Assembly (NCBI GenBank): GCA_964016885.1
Contig: OZ024741.1
Span: forward strand, 338,830,001 to 338,894,000
DNA: 64,000 nt
Direction of reading: 5' to 3'
From: Eledone cirrhosa
Lineage: Eukaryota
Numbering within the stretch: position 1 is the stretch's first letter; every line of letters begins with the position of its first letter. Position numbers and translations under genes: made by a program. Shown piece after piece: positions 1 to 13,900 of the stretch. The notes beneath the pieces were generated by a model. The model was given only the letters and a program-made list of their open reading frames with translations. It was not told where the DNA came from and made no database searches.

Positions 1-3000
1 AGACTGTCATATCTGTGAAGGTGTGTGGTCTACTGGTAGGGGGTTAGACAGACTGTCATATCTATGAAGGTGTGTGGTCTACTGGTTAGAGTGTTGGACT
101 GACCATCATATCTGTGAAGGTGTGTGGTCTACTGGTTAGAGTGTTGGACAGACTGTCATATCTGTGAAGGTGTGTGGTCTACTGGTTAGAGTGTTAGACA
201 GACTGTCATATCTGTGAAGGTGTGTGGTCTACTGGTTAGAGTGTTAGACAGACTGTCATATCTGTGATGGTGTGTGGTCTACTGGTTAGAGTGTTGGACA
301 GACTGTCATATCTGTGAAGGTGTGTGGTCTACTGGTTAGAGTGTTGGACAGACTGTCATATCTGTGAAGGTGTGTGGTCTACTGGTTAAAGTGCTAGACA
401 GACTGTCATATCTGTAAAGGTATGTGGTCTACTGGCTAGAGTGTTAGACACACTGTCATATCTATGAAGGTGTATGGACTACTGGTTAGAGTGTTAGACA
501 GACTGTCATATCTGTGAAGGTGTGTGGTCTACTAGTTAGAGTGTTGGACAGACTGTCATATCTGTGAAGGCGTGTGATCTACTGGTTAGAGTGTTAGACA
601 GACTGTCATATCTGTGAAGGTGTGACGTCTATGGTTAGAGTGTTAGACAGACTGTCATATCTGTGAAGGTGTGTGGTCTACTGGTTAGAGTGTTAGACAG
701 ACTGTCATATCTGTGAAGGTGTGTGGTCTACTGGTTAAAGTGCTAGACATACTGTCATATCTGTGAAGGTGTGTGGTCTACTGGCTAGAGTGTTATACAC
801 ACTGTCATATCTATGAAGGTGTGTGGTCTACTGGTTAGAGTGTTAGACAGACTGTCATATCTGTGAAGGGGTTTGGTCTACTGGTTAGAGTGTTAGACAG
901 ACTGTCATATCTGTGAAGGTCTGTTGTCTACTGGCTAGAGTGTTAGAGAGACTGTCATATCTGTGAAGGTGTGTGGTCTACTGTTTAGAGTGTTAGACAG
1001 ACTGTCATATCTGTGAAGGTGTGTGGTCTACTGTTTAGAGTGTTAGACAGACTGTCATATCTGTGAAGGTGTGTGGTCTACTGGCTAGGGTGTTAGACAG
1101 ACTGTCATATCTATGAAGGTGTGTGGTCTACTGGTTATAGTGCTGGACTGACCATCATATCTGTGAAGGTGTTTGGTCTACTGGTTAGAGTGTTAGACAG
1201 ACTGTCATATGTGTGAAGGTGTGTGGTCTACTGGTTAGAGTGTTAGACAGACTGTCATATCTGTGAAAGTGTGTGGTCTACTGGTTAGAGTGTTGGACAG
1301 ACTGTCATACCTGTGAAGGTGTGTGGTCTACTGGTTAGAGTGTTAGACAGACTGTCATATCAGTGAAGGTGTGTGGTCTACTGGTTAGAGTGTTGGACAG
1401 ACTGTCATATCTGTGAAGATGTGTGGTCTACTGGTTAGAGTGTTAGACAGACTGTCATATCTGTGAAGGTGTGTGGTCTACTGGTTAGAGTGTTAGACAG
1501 ACTGTCATATCTGTGAAGGTGTGTGGTCTACTGCTTAGAGTGTTGGATAGGCTGTCATATCTGTGAAGGTGTGTGGTCTACTGGTTAGAGTGTTAGACAG
1601 ACTGTCATATCTGTGAAGGTGTGTGGTCTACTGGCTAGAATGATAGACAGACTGTCATATCTGTGAAGGTGTGTGGTCTACTGGTTAGAGTGTTAGACAG
1701 ACTGTCATATCTGTGAAGGTGTGTGGTCTACTGGTTAGAGTGTTGGACAGACTGTCATATCTGTGAAGGTGTGTGATCTACTGGTTAGAGTGTTAGACAG
1801 ACTGTCATATCTGTGAATATGTGTGGTCTACTGGTTAGAGTGTTGGACAGACTGTCATATCTGTGAAGGTGTGTGGTCTAGTGGTTAGAGTGTTAGACAG
1901 ACTGTCATATCTGTGAAGGTGTGTGGTCTACTGGTTAGAGTGTTGGACAGACTGTCATACCTGTGAAGGTGTGTGGTCTACTGGTTATAGTGTTAGACAG
2001 ACTGTCATATCTGTGAAGGTGTGTGGTCTACTGGTCAGAGTGTTAGACAGACTGTCATATCTGTGAAGCTGTGTGGTCTACTGGTTAGAGTGTTGGACAG
2101 ACTGTCATATCTGTGAAGGTGTGTGGTCTACTGGTTAGAGTGTTAGACAAACTGTCATATCTGTGAAGGTGTGTGGTCTATTGGTTAGAGTGTTAGACAG
2201 ACTGTCATATCTGTGAAGGTGGGTGGTCTACTGTTTAGAGTGTTGGACAGACTGTCATATCTGTGAAGGTGTGTGGTCTACTGGTTAGAGTGTTAGACAA
2301 ACTGTCATATCTGTGAAGGTGTGTGGTCTACTGGAGGGAGTGTTAGACAGACTGTCATATCTGTGAAGGTGTGTGGTCTACTGGTTAGAGTGTTGGACAG
2401 ACTGTCATACCTGTGAAGGTGTGTGGTCTACTGGTTAGTGTGTTAGACAGACTGTCATATCTGTGAAGTTGTGTGGTCTACTGGTTAGAGTGTTAGCCAG
2501 ACTGTCATATCTGTGAAGGTGTGTGGTCTACTGGTTAGGGTGTTGGACAGACTGTCATACCTGTGAAGGTGTGAGGTCTAGTGGTTAGAGTGTTAGACAG
2601 ACTGTCATATCTGTGAAGGTGTGTGGTCTACTAGTTAGAGTGTTAGACAGACTGTCATATCTGTGAAGGTGTGTGGTCTACTGGTTAGAGTGTTAGACAG
2701 ACTGTCATATCTGTGAAGGTGTGTGGTCTACTGGTTAGAGTGTTAGACAGACTGTCATATCTGTGAAGGTGTGTGGTCTACTGGTTAGAGTGTTAGACAG
2801 ACTGTCATATCTGTGAAGGTGTGTGGTCTACTGGTTAGAGTATTGGACAGACTGTCATATCTGTGAATGTGTGTGGTCTACTGGATAGAGTGTTGGACTG
2901 ACCATCATATCTGTGAAGGTGTGTGGTCTACTGGTTAAAGTGTTGGAGTGACCATCATATCTGTAAAGGTGTGTGGTCTACTGGTTAGAGTGTTGGACAG

Positions 3001-4789
3001 ACTGTCATATCTATGAAGGTGTGTGGTCTAGTGGTTAGAGTGTTAGACAGACTGTCATATCTGTGAAGGTGTGTGGTCTACTGGTTAGAGTGTTGGACAG
3101 ACTGTCATACCTGTGAAGGTGTGTGGTCTACTGGTTAGAGTGTTAGACAGACTATCATATCTGTGAAGGTGTGTGGTTACTGGTTAGAGTGTTAGACAGA
3201 CTGTCATATCTGTGAAGGTGTGTGGTCTACTGGTTAGAGTGTTGGACAGACTGTCATATCTGTGAAGGTGTGTGGTCTACTTGTTAGAGTGTTAGACAAA
3301 CTGTCATATCTGTGAAGGTGTGTGGTCTACTGGTTAGAGTGTTAGACAGACGGTCATATCTGTGAAGGTGTGTGGTCTACTGGTTAGAATGTTGGACAGA
3401 CTGTCATACCTGTGAAGGTGTGTGGTCTACTGGTTAGAGTGTTGGACAGACTGTCATACCTGTGAAGGTGTGTGGTCTACTGGTTAGTGTGTTAGACAGA
3501 CTGTCATATTTGTGAAGGTGTGTGGTCTACTGGTTAGAGTGTTAGAAAGACTGTCATATCTGTGAAGGTGTGTGGTCTACTGGTTAGAGTGTTGTACAGA
3601 CTGTCATACCTGTGAAGGTGTGAGGTCTAGTGGTTAGAGTGTTAGACAGACTGTCATATCTGTGAAGGTGTGTGGTCTACTAGTTAGAGTGTTAGACAGA
3701 CTGACATATCTGTGTAGGTGTGTGGTCTACTGATTAGAGTGTTAGACAGACTGTCATATCTGTGAAGGTGTGTGGTCTACTGGTTAGAGTGTTGGACAGA
3801 CTGTCATATCTGTGAAGGTGTGTGGTCTACTGGTTAGTGTGTTAGACAGACTGTCATATCTGTGAAGGTGTGTGTTCTACTGGCTAGAGTGTTGGACAGA
3901 CTGCCATATCTGTGAAGGTGTGTTATCTAGTGGTTAGAGTGTTAGACAAACTGTCATATCTGTGAAGGTGTGTGTTCTACTGGTTAGAGTGTTGGACAGA
4001 CTGTCATATCTGTGAAGGTGTGTGGTCTACTGGTTAGAGTGTTAGACAGACTCTCATATCTGTGAAGGTGTTTGGTCTACTGGTTAGAGTGTTGGACAGA
4101 CTGTCATATCTGTGAAGGTGTGTGATCTAGTGGTTAGAGTGTTAGACAAACTGTCATATCTGTGAAGCTGTGTGGTCTACTGGTTAGAGTGTTAGACAGA
4201 CTGTCATATCTGTGAAGGTGTGTGGTCTACTGGTTAGAGAGTTGGATAGACTGTCATATCTGTGAAGGTGTGTGATCTAATGGTTAGAGTGTTAGACAAA
4301 CTGTCATATCTGTGAAGGTGTGTGGTCTACTGGTTAGAGTGTTAGACAGACTGTCATATCTGTGAAGGTGTGTGGTCTACTGGTTAGAGTGTTGGACAGA
4401 CTGTCATATCTGTGAAGGTGTGTGGTCTACTGGTTAGAGTGTTAGACAGACTGTCATATCTGTGAAGGTGTGTGGTCTACTGGTTAGAGTGTGAGACAGA
4501 CTGTCATATCTGTGAAGGTGTGTGGTCTACTGGTTAGTGTGTTAGACAGACTGTCATATCTGTGAAGGTGTGTAGTCTACTGGCTAGATTGTTGGACAGA
4601 CTGTCATATCTGTGAAGGTGTGTGATCTAGTGGTTAGAGTGTTAGACAAACTGTCATATCTGTGAAGGTGTGTGTTCTACTGGTTAGAGTGTTGGACAGA
4701 CTGTCATATCTGTGAAGGTGTGTGGTCTACCGGTTAGAGTGTTAGACAGACTGTCATATCTGTGAAGGTGTGTGATCTAGTGGTTAGAG

Positions 4790-7700
4790 TGTTAGACAGA
4801 CTGTCATATCTGTGAAGGTGTGTGGTCTACTGGTTAGAGTGTTGGACAGACCGTCATATCTGTGAAGGTGTGTGGTCTACTGGTTAGAGTGTTAGACAGA
4901 CTGTCATATCTGTGAAGGTGTGTGGTCTACTGGTTAGAGTGTTAGACAGACTGTCATATCTGTGAAGGTGTGTGGTCTACTGGTTAGAGTGTTAGACAGA
5001 CTGTCATATCTGTGAAGGTGTGTGGTCTACTGCTTAGAGCGTGAGACAGACTGTCATATCTCTGAAGGTGTGTGGTCTACTGGTTAGAGTGTTAGACAGA
5101 CTGTCATATCTGTGAAGGTGTGTGGTCTACTGGTTAGAGTGTTAGACAGACTGTCATATCTGTGAAGGTGTGTGATCTAGTGGTTAGAGTGTTTGACAAA
5201 CTGTCATATCTGTGCAGGTGAGTGGTCTAGGGTTAGAGTGTTGGACAGACTGTCATATCTGTGATGGTGTGTGATCTAGTGGTTAGAGTATTAGACAAAC
5301 TGTCATATCTGTGAAGGTGTGTGGTCTATTGGTTAGAGTGTTAGACAAACTGTCATATCTGTAAAGGTGTGTGGTCTACTGGTTAGAGTGTTGGACATAC
5401 TCTCATATCTGTGAAGGTGTGTGGTCTACTGGTTAGAGTGTTGGACAGACTGTCATATCTGTGAAGGTGTGTGGTCTAGTGGTTAGAGTGTTAGACAGAC
5501 TGTCATATTTGTGAAGGTGTGTGGTCTACTGGTTAGAGTGTTAGACAGACTGTCATATCTGTGAAGATGTGTGGTCTACTGGTTAGAGTGTTAGACAGAC
5601 TGTCATATCTGTGAATGTATGTGGTCTAGTGGTTAGAGTGTTAGACAGACTGTCATATCTGTGAAGGTGTGTGGTCTACTGGTTAGAGTGTTAGACAGAC
5701 TGTCATATCTGTGAAGGTGTGTGGTCTACTGGTTAGAGTGTTAGACAGACTGTCATATCTGTGAAGGTCTGTTGTCTAGTGGTAAGGGTGTTAGACAGAC
5801 TGTCATATCTGTGAAGGTGTGTGGTCTACTGGTTAGAGTGTTAGACAGACTGTCATATCTGTAAAGGTGTGTGGTCTACTGGTTAGAGTGTTGGACAGAC
5901 TGTCATATCTGTGAGGGTGTGTGGTCTACTGGCTAGAGTGTTAGGCAGACTGTCATATATGTGAAGGTGTGTGGTCTACTGGTTAGAGCGTTGGACAGAC
6001 TGTCATATCTGTGAAGGTGTGTGGTCTACAGGTTACAGCGTTAGACAGACTGTCATATCTGTGAAGGTGTGTGGTCTACTGGCTAGAGTGTTGGACAGAC
6101 TGTCATATCTGTGAAGGTATGTGGTCTTATGGTTAGAGTGTTAGACAGACTGTCATATCTGTGAAGGTGTGTGGTCTACTGGTTAGAGTGTTAGACAGAC
6201 TGTCATATCTGTGAAGGTGTGTGGTCTAATGTTTAGAGTGTTAGACAGACTGTAATATCTGTGAAGGTGTGTGGTCTACTGGTTAGAGTGTTAGACAGAC
6301 TGTCATATCTGTGAAGGTGTGTGGTCTACTTGTTAAAGTGCTAGACAGACTGTCATATTTGTGAAGGTGTGTGGTCTACTGGCTAGAGTGTTAGACAGAC
6401 TGTCATATCTGTGAAGGTGTGTGGTCTACTGGTTAGAGTGTTGGACTGACTGTCATATCTGTGAAGGTGTGTGGTCTACTGGTTAGAGTGTTAGACAGAC
6501 TGTCATATCTGTGAAGGTGTGCGCTCTACTGGCTAGAGTGTTAGACAGACTGTCATATCTGTGAAGGTGTGTGTTCTACTGGCTAGAGTGTTGGACAGAC
6601 TGTCATATCTGTGAAGGTGTGTGATCTAGTGGTTAGAGTGTTAGACACACTGTCATATCCGTGAAGGTGTGTGGTCTAGGGCTAGAGTGTTGGACAGACT
6701 GTCATATCTGTGAAGGTGTGTGGTCTACTGGTTAGAGTGTTAGACAGACTGTCATATCTGTGAAGGTGTGTGGTCTACTGGTTAGAGTGTTAGACAGACT
6801 GTCATATCTGTGAAGGTGTGTGGTCTAGTGGTAAGGGTGTTATACAGACTGTCATATCTGTGAAGGTGTGTGGTCTACTGGTTAGAGTGTTAGACAGACT
6901 GTCATATATGTAAATGTGTGTGGTCTACTGGGTAGAGTGTTGGACAGACTGTCATATCTGTGAAGGTATGTGGTCTAGTGGTTAGAGTGTTAGACAGACT
7001 GTCATATCTGTGAAAGTGTGTGGTCTACTGGTTAGAGTGTTAGACAGACTGTCATATCTGTGAAGGTGTGTGGTCTACTTGTTAGAGTGTTAGACAGACT
7101 GTAATATCTGTGAAGGTGTGTGGTCTACTGGTTAGAGTGTTAGACAGACTGTAATATCTGTGAAGGTGTGTGGTCTACTGGTTAGAGTGTTAGACAGACT
7201 GTCATATCTGTCAAGGTGTGTGGTCTACTGGTTAGAGTGTTAGACAGACTGTAATATCTGTGAAGGTGTGTGGTCTACTGGTTAGAGTGTTAGACAGACT
7301 GTCATATCTGTGAAGGTGTGTGGTCTACTGGTTAAAGTGCTAGACAGACTGTCATATCTGTGAAGGTGTGTGGTCTACTGTTTAGAGTGTTGGACAGACT
7401 GTCATATCTGTGAAGGTGTGTGGTCTACTGGTTAGAGTGTTGGACAGAGTATCATATCAGTGAAGGTGTGTGGTCTAGTGGTTAGGGTGTTAGACAGACT
7501 GTCATATCTGTGAAGGTGTGTCGTCTACTGGTTAGAGTGTTAGACAGACTGTCATATCTGTGAAGGTGTGTGGTGTAGTGGTTAGAGTGTTAGACAGACT
7601 GTCATATTTGTGAAGGTGTGTGGTCTACTGGCTAAAGTGTTAGACAGACTTTCATATCTATGAAGGTGTGTGGCCTTCTGGTTAGAGTGTTAGACAGACT

Positions 7701-10700
7701 GTCATATCTGTGAAGGTGTGTGGTCTACTGGTGAGAGTGTTAGATATACTGTCATATCTGTGAAGGTGTGTGGTCTACTGGCTAGAGTGTTAGACAGACT
7801 GTCATATCTGCGAAGGTGTGTGATCTGCTGGTTAGAGTGTTGGACAGATGGAATATCTGTGAAGGTGTGTGGTCTACTGGTTAGAGTGTTGGACAGACTG
7901 TCATATCTGTGAAGGTGTGCGGTCTACTGGCTAGAGTGTTAGACAGACTGTCATATTTGTGAAGGTGTGTGGTCTACTGGTTAGAGTGTTAGACAGACTG
8001 TCATATCTGTGAAGGTGTGTGGTCTACTGGTTAGAGTGTTGGACAGACCGTCATATCTGTGAAGGTGTGTGGTCTACTGGTTAGAGTGTTAGACAGACTG
8101 TCATATCTGTGAAGGTGTGTGGTCTACTGGTTAGAGTGTTAGACAGACTGTCATATCTGTGAAGGTGTGTGGTCTACTGGTTAGAGTGTTAGACAGACTG
8201 TCATATCTGTGAAGGTGTGTGGTCTACTGCTTAGAGCGTGAGACAGACTGTCATATCTCTGAAGGTGTGTGGTCTACTGGTTAGAGTGTTAGACAGACTG
8301 TCATATCTGTGAAGGTGTGTGGTCTACTGGTTAGAGTGTTAGACAGACTGTCATATCTGTGAAGGTGTGTGATCTAGTGGTTAGAGTGTTTGACAAACTG
8401 TCATATCTGTGCAGGTGAGTGGTCTAGGGTTAGAGTGTTGGACAGACTGTCATATCTGTGATGGTGTGTGATCTAGTGGTTAGAGTATTAGACAAACTGT
8501 CATATCTGTGAAGGTGTGTGGTCTATTGGTTAGAGTGTTAGACAAACTGTCATATCTGTAAAGGTGTGTGGTCTACTGGTTAGAGTGTTGGACATACTCT
8601 CATATCTGTGAAGGTGTGTGGTCTACTGGTTAGAGTGTTGGACAGACTGTCATATCTGTGAAGGTGTGTGGTCTAGTGGTTAGAGTGTTAGACAGACTGT
8701 CATATTTGTGAAGGTGTGTGGTCTACTGGTTAGAGTGTCAGACAGACTGTCATATCTGTGAAGATGTGTGGTCTACTGGTTAGAGTGTTAGACAGACTGT
8801 CATATCTGTGAATGTATGTGGTCTAGTGGTTAGAGTGTTAGACAGACTGTCATATCTGTGAAGGTGTGTGGTCTACTGGTTAGAGTGTTAGACAGACTGT
8901 CATATCTGTGAAGGTGTGTGGTCTACTGGTTAGAGTGTTAGACAGACTGTCATATCTGTGAAGGTCTGTTGTCTAGTGGTAAGGGTGTTAGACAGACTGT
9001 CATATCTGTGAAGGTGTGTGGTCTACTGGTTAGAGTGTTAGACAGACTGTCATATCTGTAAAGGTGTGTGGTCTACTGGTTAGAGTGTTGGACAGACTGT
9101 CATATCTGTGAGGGTGTGTGGTCTACTGGCTAGAGTGTTAGGCAGACTGTCATATATGTGAAGGTGTGTGGTCTACTGGTTAGAGCGTTGGACAGACTGT
9201 CATATCTGTGAAGGTGTGTGGTCTACAGGTTACAGCGTTAGACAGACTGTCATATCTGTGAAGGTGTGTGGTCTACTGGCTAGAGTGTTGGACAGACTGT
9301 CATATCTGTGAAGGTATGTGGTCTTATGGTTAGAGTGTTAGACAGACTGTCATATCTGTGAAGGTGTGTGGTCTACTGGTTAGAGTGTTAGACAGACTGT
9401 CATATCTGTGAAGGTGTGTGGTCTAATGTTTAGAGTGTTAGACAGACTGTAATATCTGTGAAGGTGTGTGGTCTACTGGTTAGAGTGTTAGACAGACTGT
9501 CATATCTGTGAAGGTGTGTGGTCTACTTGTTAAAGTGCTAGACAGACTGTCATATTTGTGAAGGTGTGTGGTCTACTGGCTAGAGTGTTAGACAGACTGT
9601 CATATCTGTGAAGGTGTGTGGTCTACTGGTTAGAGTGTTGGACTGACTGTCATATCTGTGAAGGTGTGTGGTCTACTGGTTAGAGTGTTAGACAGACTGT
9701 CATATCTGTGAAGGTGTGCGCTCTACTGGCTAGAGTGTTAGACAGACTGTCATATCTGTGAAGGTGTGTGTTCTACTGGCTAGAGTGTTGGACAGACTGT
9801 CATATCTGTGAAGGTGTGTGATCTAGTGGTTAGAGTGTTAGACACACTGTCATATCCGTGAAGGTGTGTGGTCTAGGGCTAGAGTGTTGGACAGACTGTC
9901 ATATCTGTGAAGGTGTGTGGTCTACTGGTTAGAGTGTTAGACAGACTGTCATATCTGTGAAGGTGTGTGGTCTACTGGTTAGAGTGTTAGACAGACTGTC
10001 ATATCTGTGAAGGTGTGTGGTCTAGTGGTAAGGGTGTTATACAGACTGTCATATCTGTGAAGGTGTGTGGTCTACTGGTTAGAGTGTTAGACAGACTGTC
10101 ATATATGTAAATGTGTGTGGTCTACTGGGTAGAGTGTTGGACAGACTGTCATATCTGTGAAGGTATGTGGTCTAGTGGTTAGAGTGTTGGACAGACCGTC
10201 ATATCTGTGAAGGTGTGTGGTCTACTTGTTAGAGTGTTAGACAGACTGTAATATCTGTGAAGGTGTGTGGTCTACTGGTTAGAGTGTTAGACAGACTGTA
10301 ATATCTGTGAAGGTGTGTGGTCTACTGGTTAGAGTGTTAGACAGACTGTCATATCTGTCAAGGTGTGTGGTCTACTGGTTAGAGTGTTAGACAGACTGTA
10401 ATATCTGTGAAGGTGTGTGGTCTACTGGTTAGAGTGTTAGACAGACTGTCATATCTGTGAAGGTGTGTGGTCTACTGGTTAAAGTGCTAGACAGACTGTC
10501 ATATCTGTGAAGGTGTGTGGTCTACTGTTTAGAGTGTTGGACAGACTGTCATATCTGTGAAGGTGTGTGGTCTACTGGTTAGAGTGTTGGACAGAGTATC
10601 ATATCAGTGAAGGTGTGTGGTCTAGTGGTTAGGGTGTTAGACAGACTGTCATATCTGTGAAGGTGTGTCGTCTACTGGTTAGAGTGTTAGACAGACTGTC

Positions 10701-10960
10701 ATATCTGTGAAGGTGTGTGGTGTAGTGGTTAGAGTGTTAGACAGACTGTCATATTTGTGAAGGTGTGTGGTCTACTGGCTAGAGTGTTAGACAGACTTTC
10801 ATATCTATGAAGGTGTGTGGCCTTCTGGTTAGAGTGTTAGACAGACTGTCATATCTGTGAAGGTGTGTGGTCTACTGGTGAGAGTGTTAGATATACTGTC
10901 ATATCTGTGAAGGTGTGTGGTCTACTGGCTAGAGTGTTAGACAGACTGTCATATCTGTGA
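4790..10960 (+). repeat. Higher-order tandem duplication of ~3.2 kb (~64 monomers)
   Basis: Rare variants recur at offset 3197: CCGTCAT 4851/8048 and TGTGCAGGTGAG 5211/8408. The offset drops to 3147 later (ACAGAGTATC 7444/10591), so the second copy is one monomer shorter. Boundaries approximate. Confidence 0.88.
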
Positions 10961-13900
10961 AGGTGTGTGGTCTACTGGTTAGAGTGTTGGACTGACTGTC
11001 ATATCTGTGAAGGTGTGTGGTCTACTGGTTAGAGTGTTAGACAGACTGTCATATCTGTGAAGGTGTGCGGTCTACTGGTTAGAGTGTTAGACAGACTGTC
11101 ATATCTGTGAAGGTGTGTGGTCTACTGGTTAGAGTGTTAGACAGACTGTCATATCTGTGAAGGTGTGTGATCTAGTGGTTAGAGTGTTAGACAGACTGTC
11201 ATATCTGTGAAGGTGTGTGGTCTACTGGTTAGAGTGTTAGACAGACTGTCATATCTGTGAAGGTGTGTGGTCTACTGGTTAGAGTGTTAGTCAGACTGTC
11301 ATATCTGTGAAGGTGTGTGGTCTACTGGTTAGAGTGTTAGACAGACTGTCATATCTGTGAAGGTGTGTGGTCTACTGGTTAGAGTGTTAGACAGACTGTC
11401 ATATCTGTGAAGGTGTGTGGTCTACTGGTTAGAGTGTTAGACAGACTCATATCTGTGAAGGAGTGTGGTCTACTGGTTAGAGTGTTAGACAGACTGTCAT
11501 ATCTGTGAAGGTGTGTGGTCTACTGGTTAGAGTGTTAGACAGACTGTCATATCTGTGAAGGTGTGTGGTCTACTGGTTAGAGTGTTAGACAGACTGTCAT
11601 ATGTGTGAAGGTGTGTGGTCTACTGGTTAGAGTGTTTGACAGACTGTCATATCTGTGAAGGTGTGTGGTCAACTTGTTAAAGTGCTAGACAGTCTGTCAT
11701 ATCTGTGAAGATGTGTGGTCTACTGGCTAGAGTGTTAGACAGACTGTCATATCTGTGAAGGTGTGTGGTCTACTGGTTAGAGTGTTAGACAGACTCATAT
11801 CTGTGAAGATGTGTGGTCTACTGGTTAGAGTGTTAGACAGACTGTCATATCTGTGAAGGTGTGTGGTCTACTGGTTAGAGTGTTAGACAGACTCATATCT
11901 GTGAAGGTGTGTGGTCTAGTGGTTAGGGTGTTAGACAGACTGTCATATCTGTGAAGGTGTGTGGTCTACTGGTTAGAGAGTTGGACAGATTGTCATATCT
12001 GTGAAGGTGTGTGGTCAACTGGTTAGAGTGTTAGACAGACTGTCATATCTGTGAAGGTGTGTGGTCTACTGGTTAGAGCGTTGGACAGACTGTCATATCT
12101 GTGAAGGTGTGTGGTCTACAGGTTACAGTGTTGGACAGACTGTCATATCTGTGAAGGTATTTGGTCTAGTGGTTAGAGTATTAGACAGACTGTCATATCT
12201 GTGAATGTGTGTGGTCTACTGGTTAGAGTGTTAGACAGACTGTCATATCTGTGAAGGTGTGTCGTCTACTGGCTAGAATGTTAGACAGACTGTCATATCT
12301 GTGAAGGTGTGTGGTCTACTTGTTAGAGTGTTAGACAGACTGGCATATCTGTAAAGGTGTGTGGTCTACTGGTTAGAGAGTTGGACAGATTGTCATATCT
12401 GTGAAGGTGTGTGGTCTACTGGTTAGAGTGTTAGACAGACTGTCATATCTGTGAAGGTGTGTGGTCTACTGGTTGGAGTGTTGGACAGACTGTCATATCT
12501 GTGAAGGTTTCTGGTCTACTGGTTAGAGTGTTAGATAGACTATCATATCTGTGAAGGTGTGTGGTCTAGTGGTTAGGGTGTTAGACACTCTGTCATATCT
12601 GTGAAGGTGTGTGGTCTACTGGTTAGAGTGTTAGACAGACTGTCATATCTGTGAAGGTGTGTGGTCTACTTGTTAAAGTGCTAGACAGACTGTCATATTT
12701 GTGAAGGTGTGTGGTCTACTGGCTAGAGTGTTAGACAGACTGTCATATCTATGAAGGTGTGTGGTCTACTGGTTAGAGTGTTAGACAAACTGTCATATCT
12801 GTGAAGGTGTGTGGGCTACTGTTTAGAGTGTTGGACAGACTGTCATATCTGTGAAGGTGTGTGGTCTACCGGTTAGAGTGTTAGACAGACTGTCATATCT
12901 GTGAAGGTGTGTGGTCTACTGGTTAGAGTGTTGGACAGACTGTCATATCTGTGAAGGTGTGTGGTCTACTGGTTAGAGTGTTGGACAGACTGTCATATCT
13001 GTAAAGGTGTGTGGTCTACTGGTTAGAGTGTTAGACAGACTGTCATATCTGTGAAGGTGTGTGGTCTGCTGGTTAGAGTGTTAGACAGACTGTCATATCT
13101 GTGAAGGTGTGTGGTCTACTGGTTAGAGTGTTAGACAGACTGTCATATCAGTGAAGGTGTGTGGTCTACTGGTTAAAGTGCTAGACAGACTGTCATATCT
13201 GTAAAGGTGTGTGGTCTACTGGTTAGAGTGTTAGACAGACTGTCATATCTGTGAAGGTGTGCGGCCTACTGGCTAGAGTATTAGACAGACTGTTATATCT
13301 GTGAAGGTGTGTGTTCTACTGGCTAGAGTGTTGGACAGACTGTCATATCTGTGAAGGTGTGTGATCTAGTGGTTAGAGTGATAGACAGACTGTCATATCT
13401 GTGAAGGTGTGTGGTCTACTGGTTAGAGTGTTAGACAGACTGTCATATCTGTGAAGGTGTGTGGTCTACTGGTTAGAGTGTTAGTCAGACTGTCATATCT
13501 GTGAAGGTGTGTGGTCTACTGGTTAGAGTGTTAGACAGACTGTCATATCTGTGAAGGTGTGTGGTCTACTGGTTAGAGTGTTAGACAGACTGTCATATCT
13601 GTGAAGGTGTGTGGTCTACTGGTTAGAGTGTTAGACAGACTCATATCTGTGAAGGAGTGTGGTCTACTGGTTAGAGTGTTAGACAGACTGTCATATCTGT
13701 GAAGGTGTGTGGTCTACTGGCTAGAGTGTTATACACACTGTCATATCTATGAAGGTGTGTGGTCTACTGGTTAGAGTGTTAGATAGACTGTCATATCTGT
13801 GAAGGTGTGTGGTCTACTGGTTAAAGTGCTAGACAGACTGTCATATCTGTGAAGGTGTGTGGTCTACTGGTTAGAGTGTTGGATAGACTGTCATATCTGT

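Noticed and set aside
2530-2542. Telomere-like GGTTAG/TTAGGG motifs in the monomer
   Set aside because: Never tandem. They are better explained as the tRNA D-loop-derived GGTTAG following the A-box, and TTAGGG occurs only as sporadic single variants.
7718-7912. 64-aa ORF inside the satellite
   Set aside because: Chance loss of stop codons in a few variant monomers; GTG start and no coding signal.
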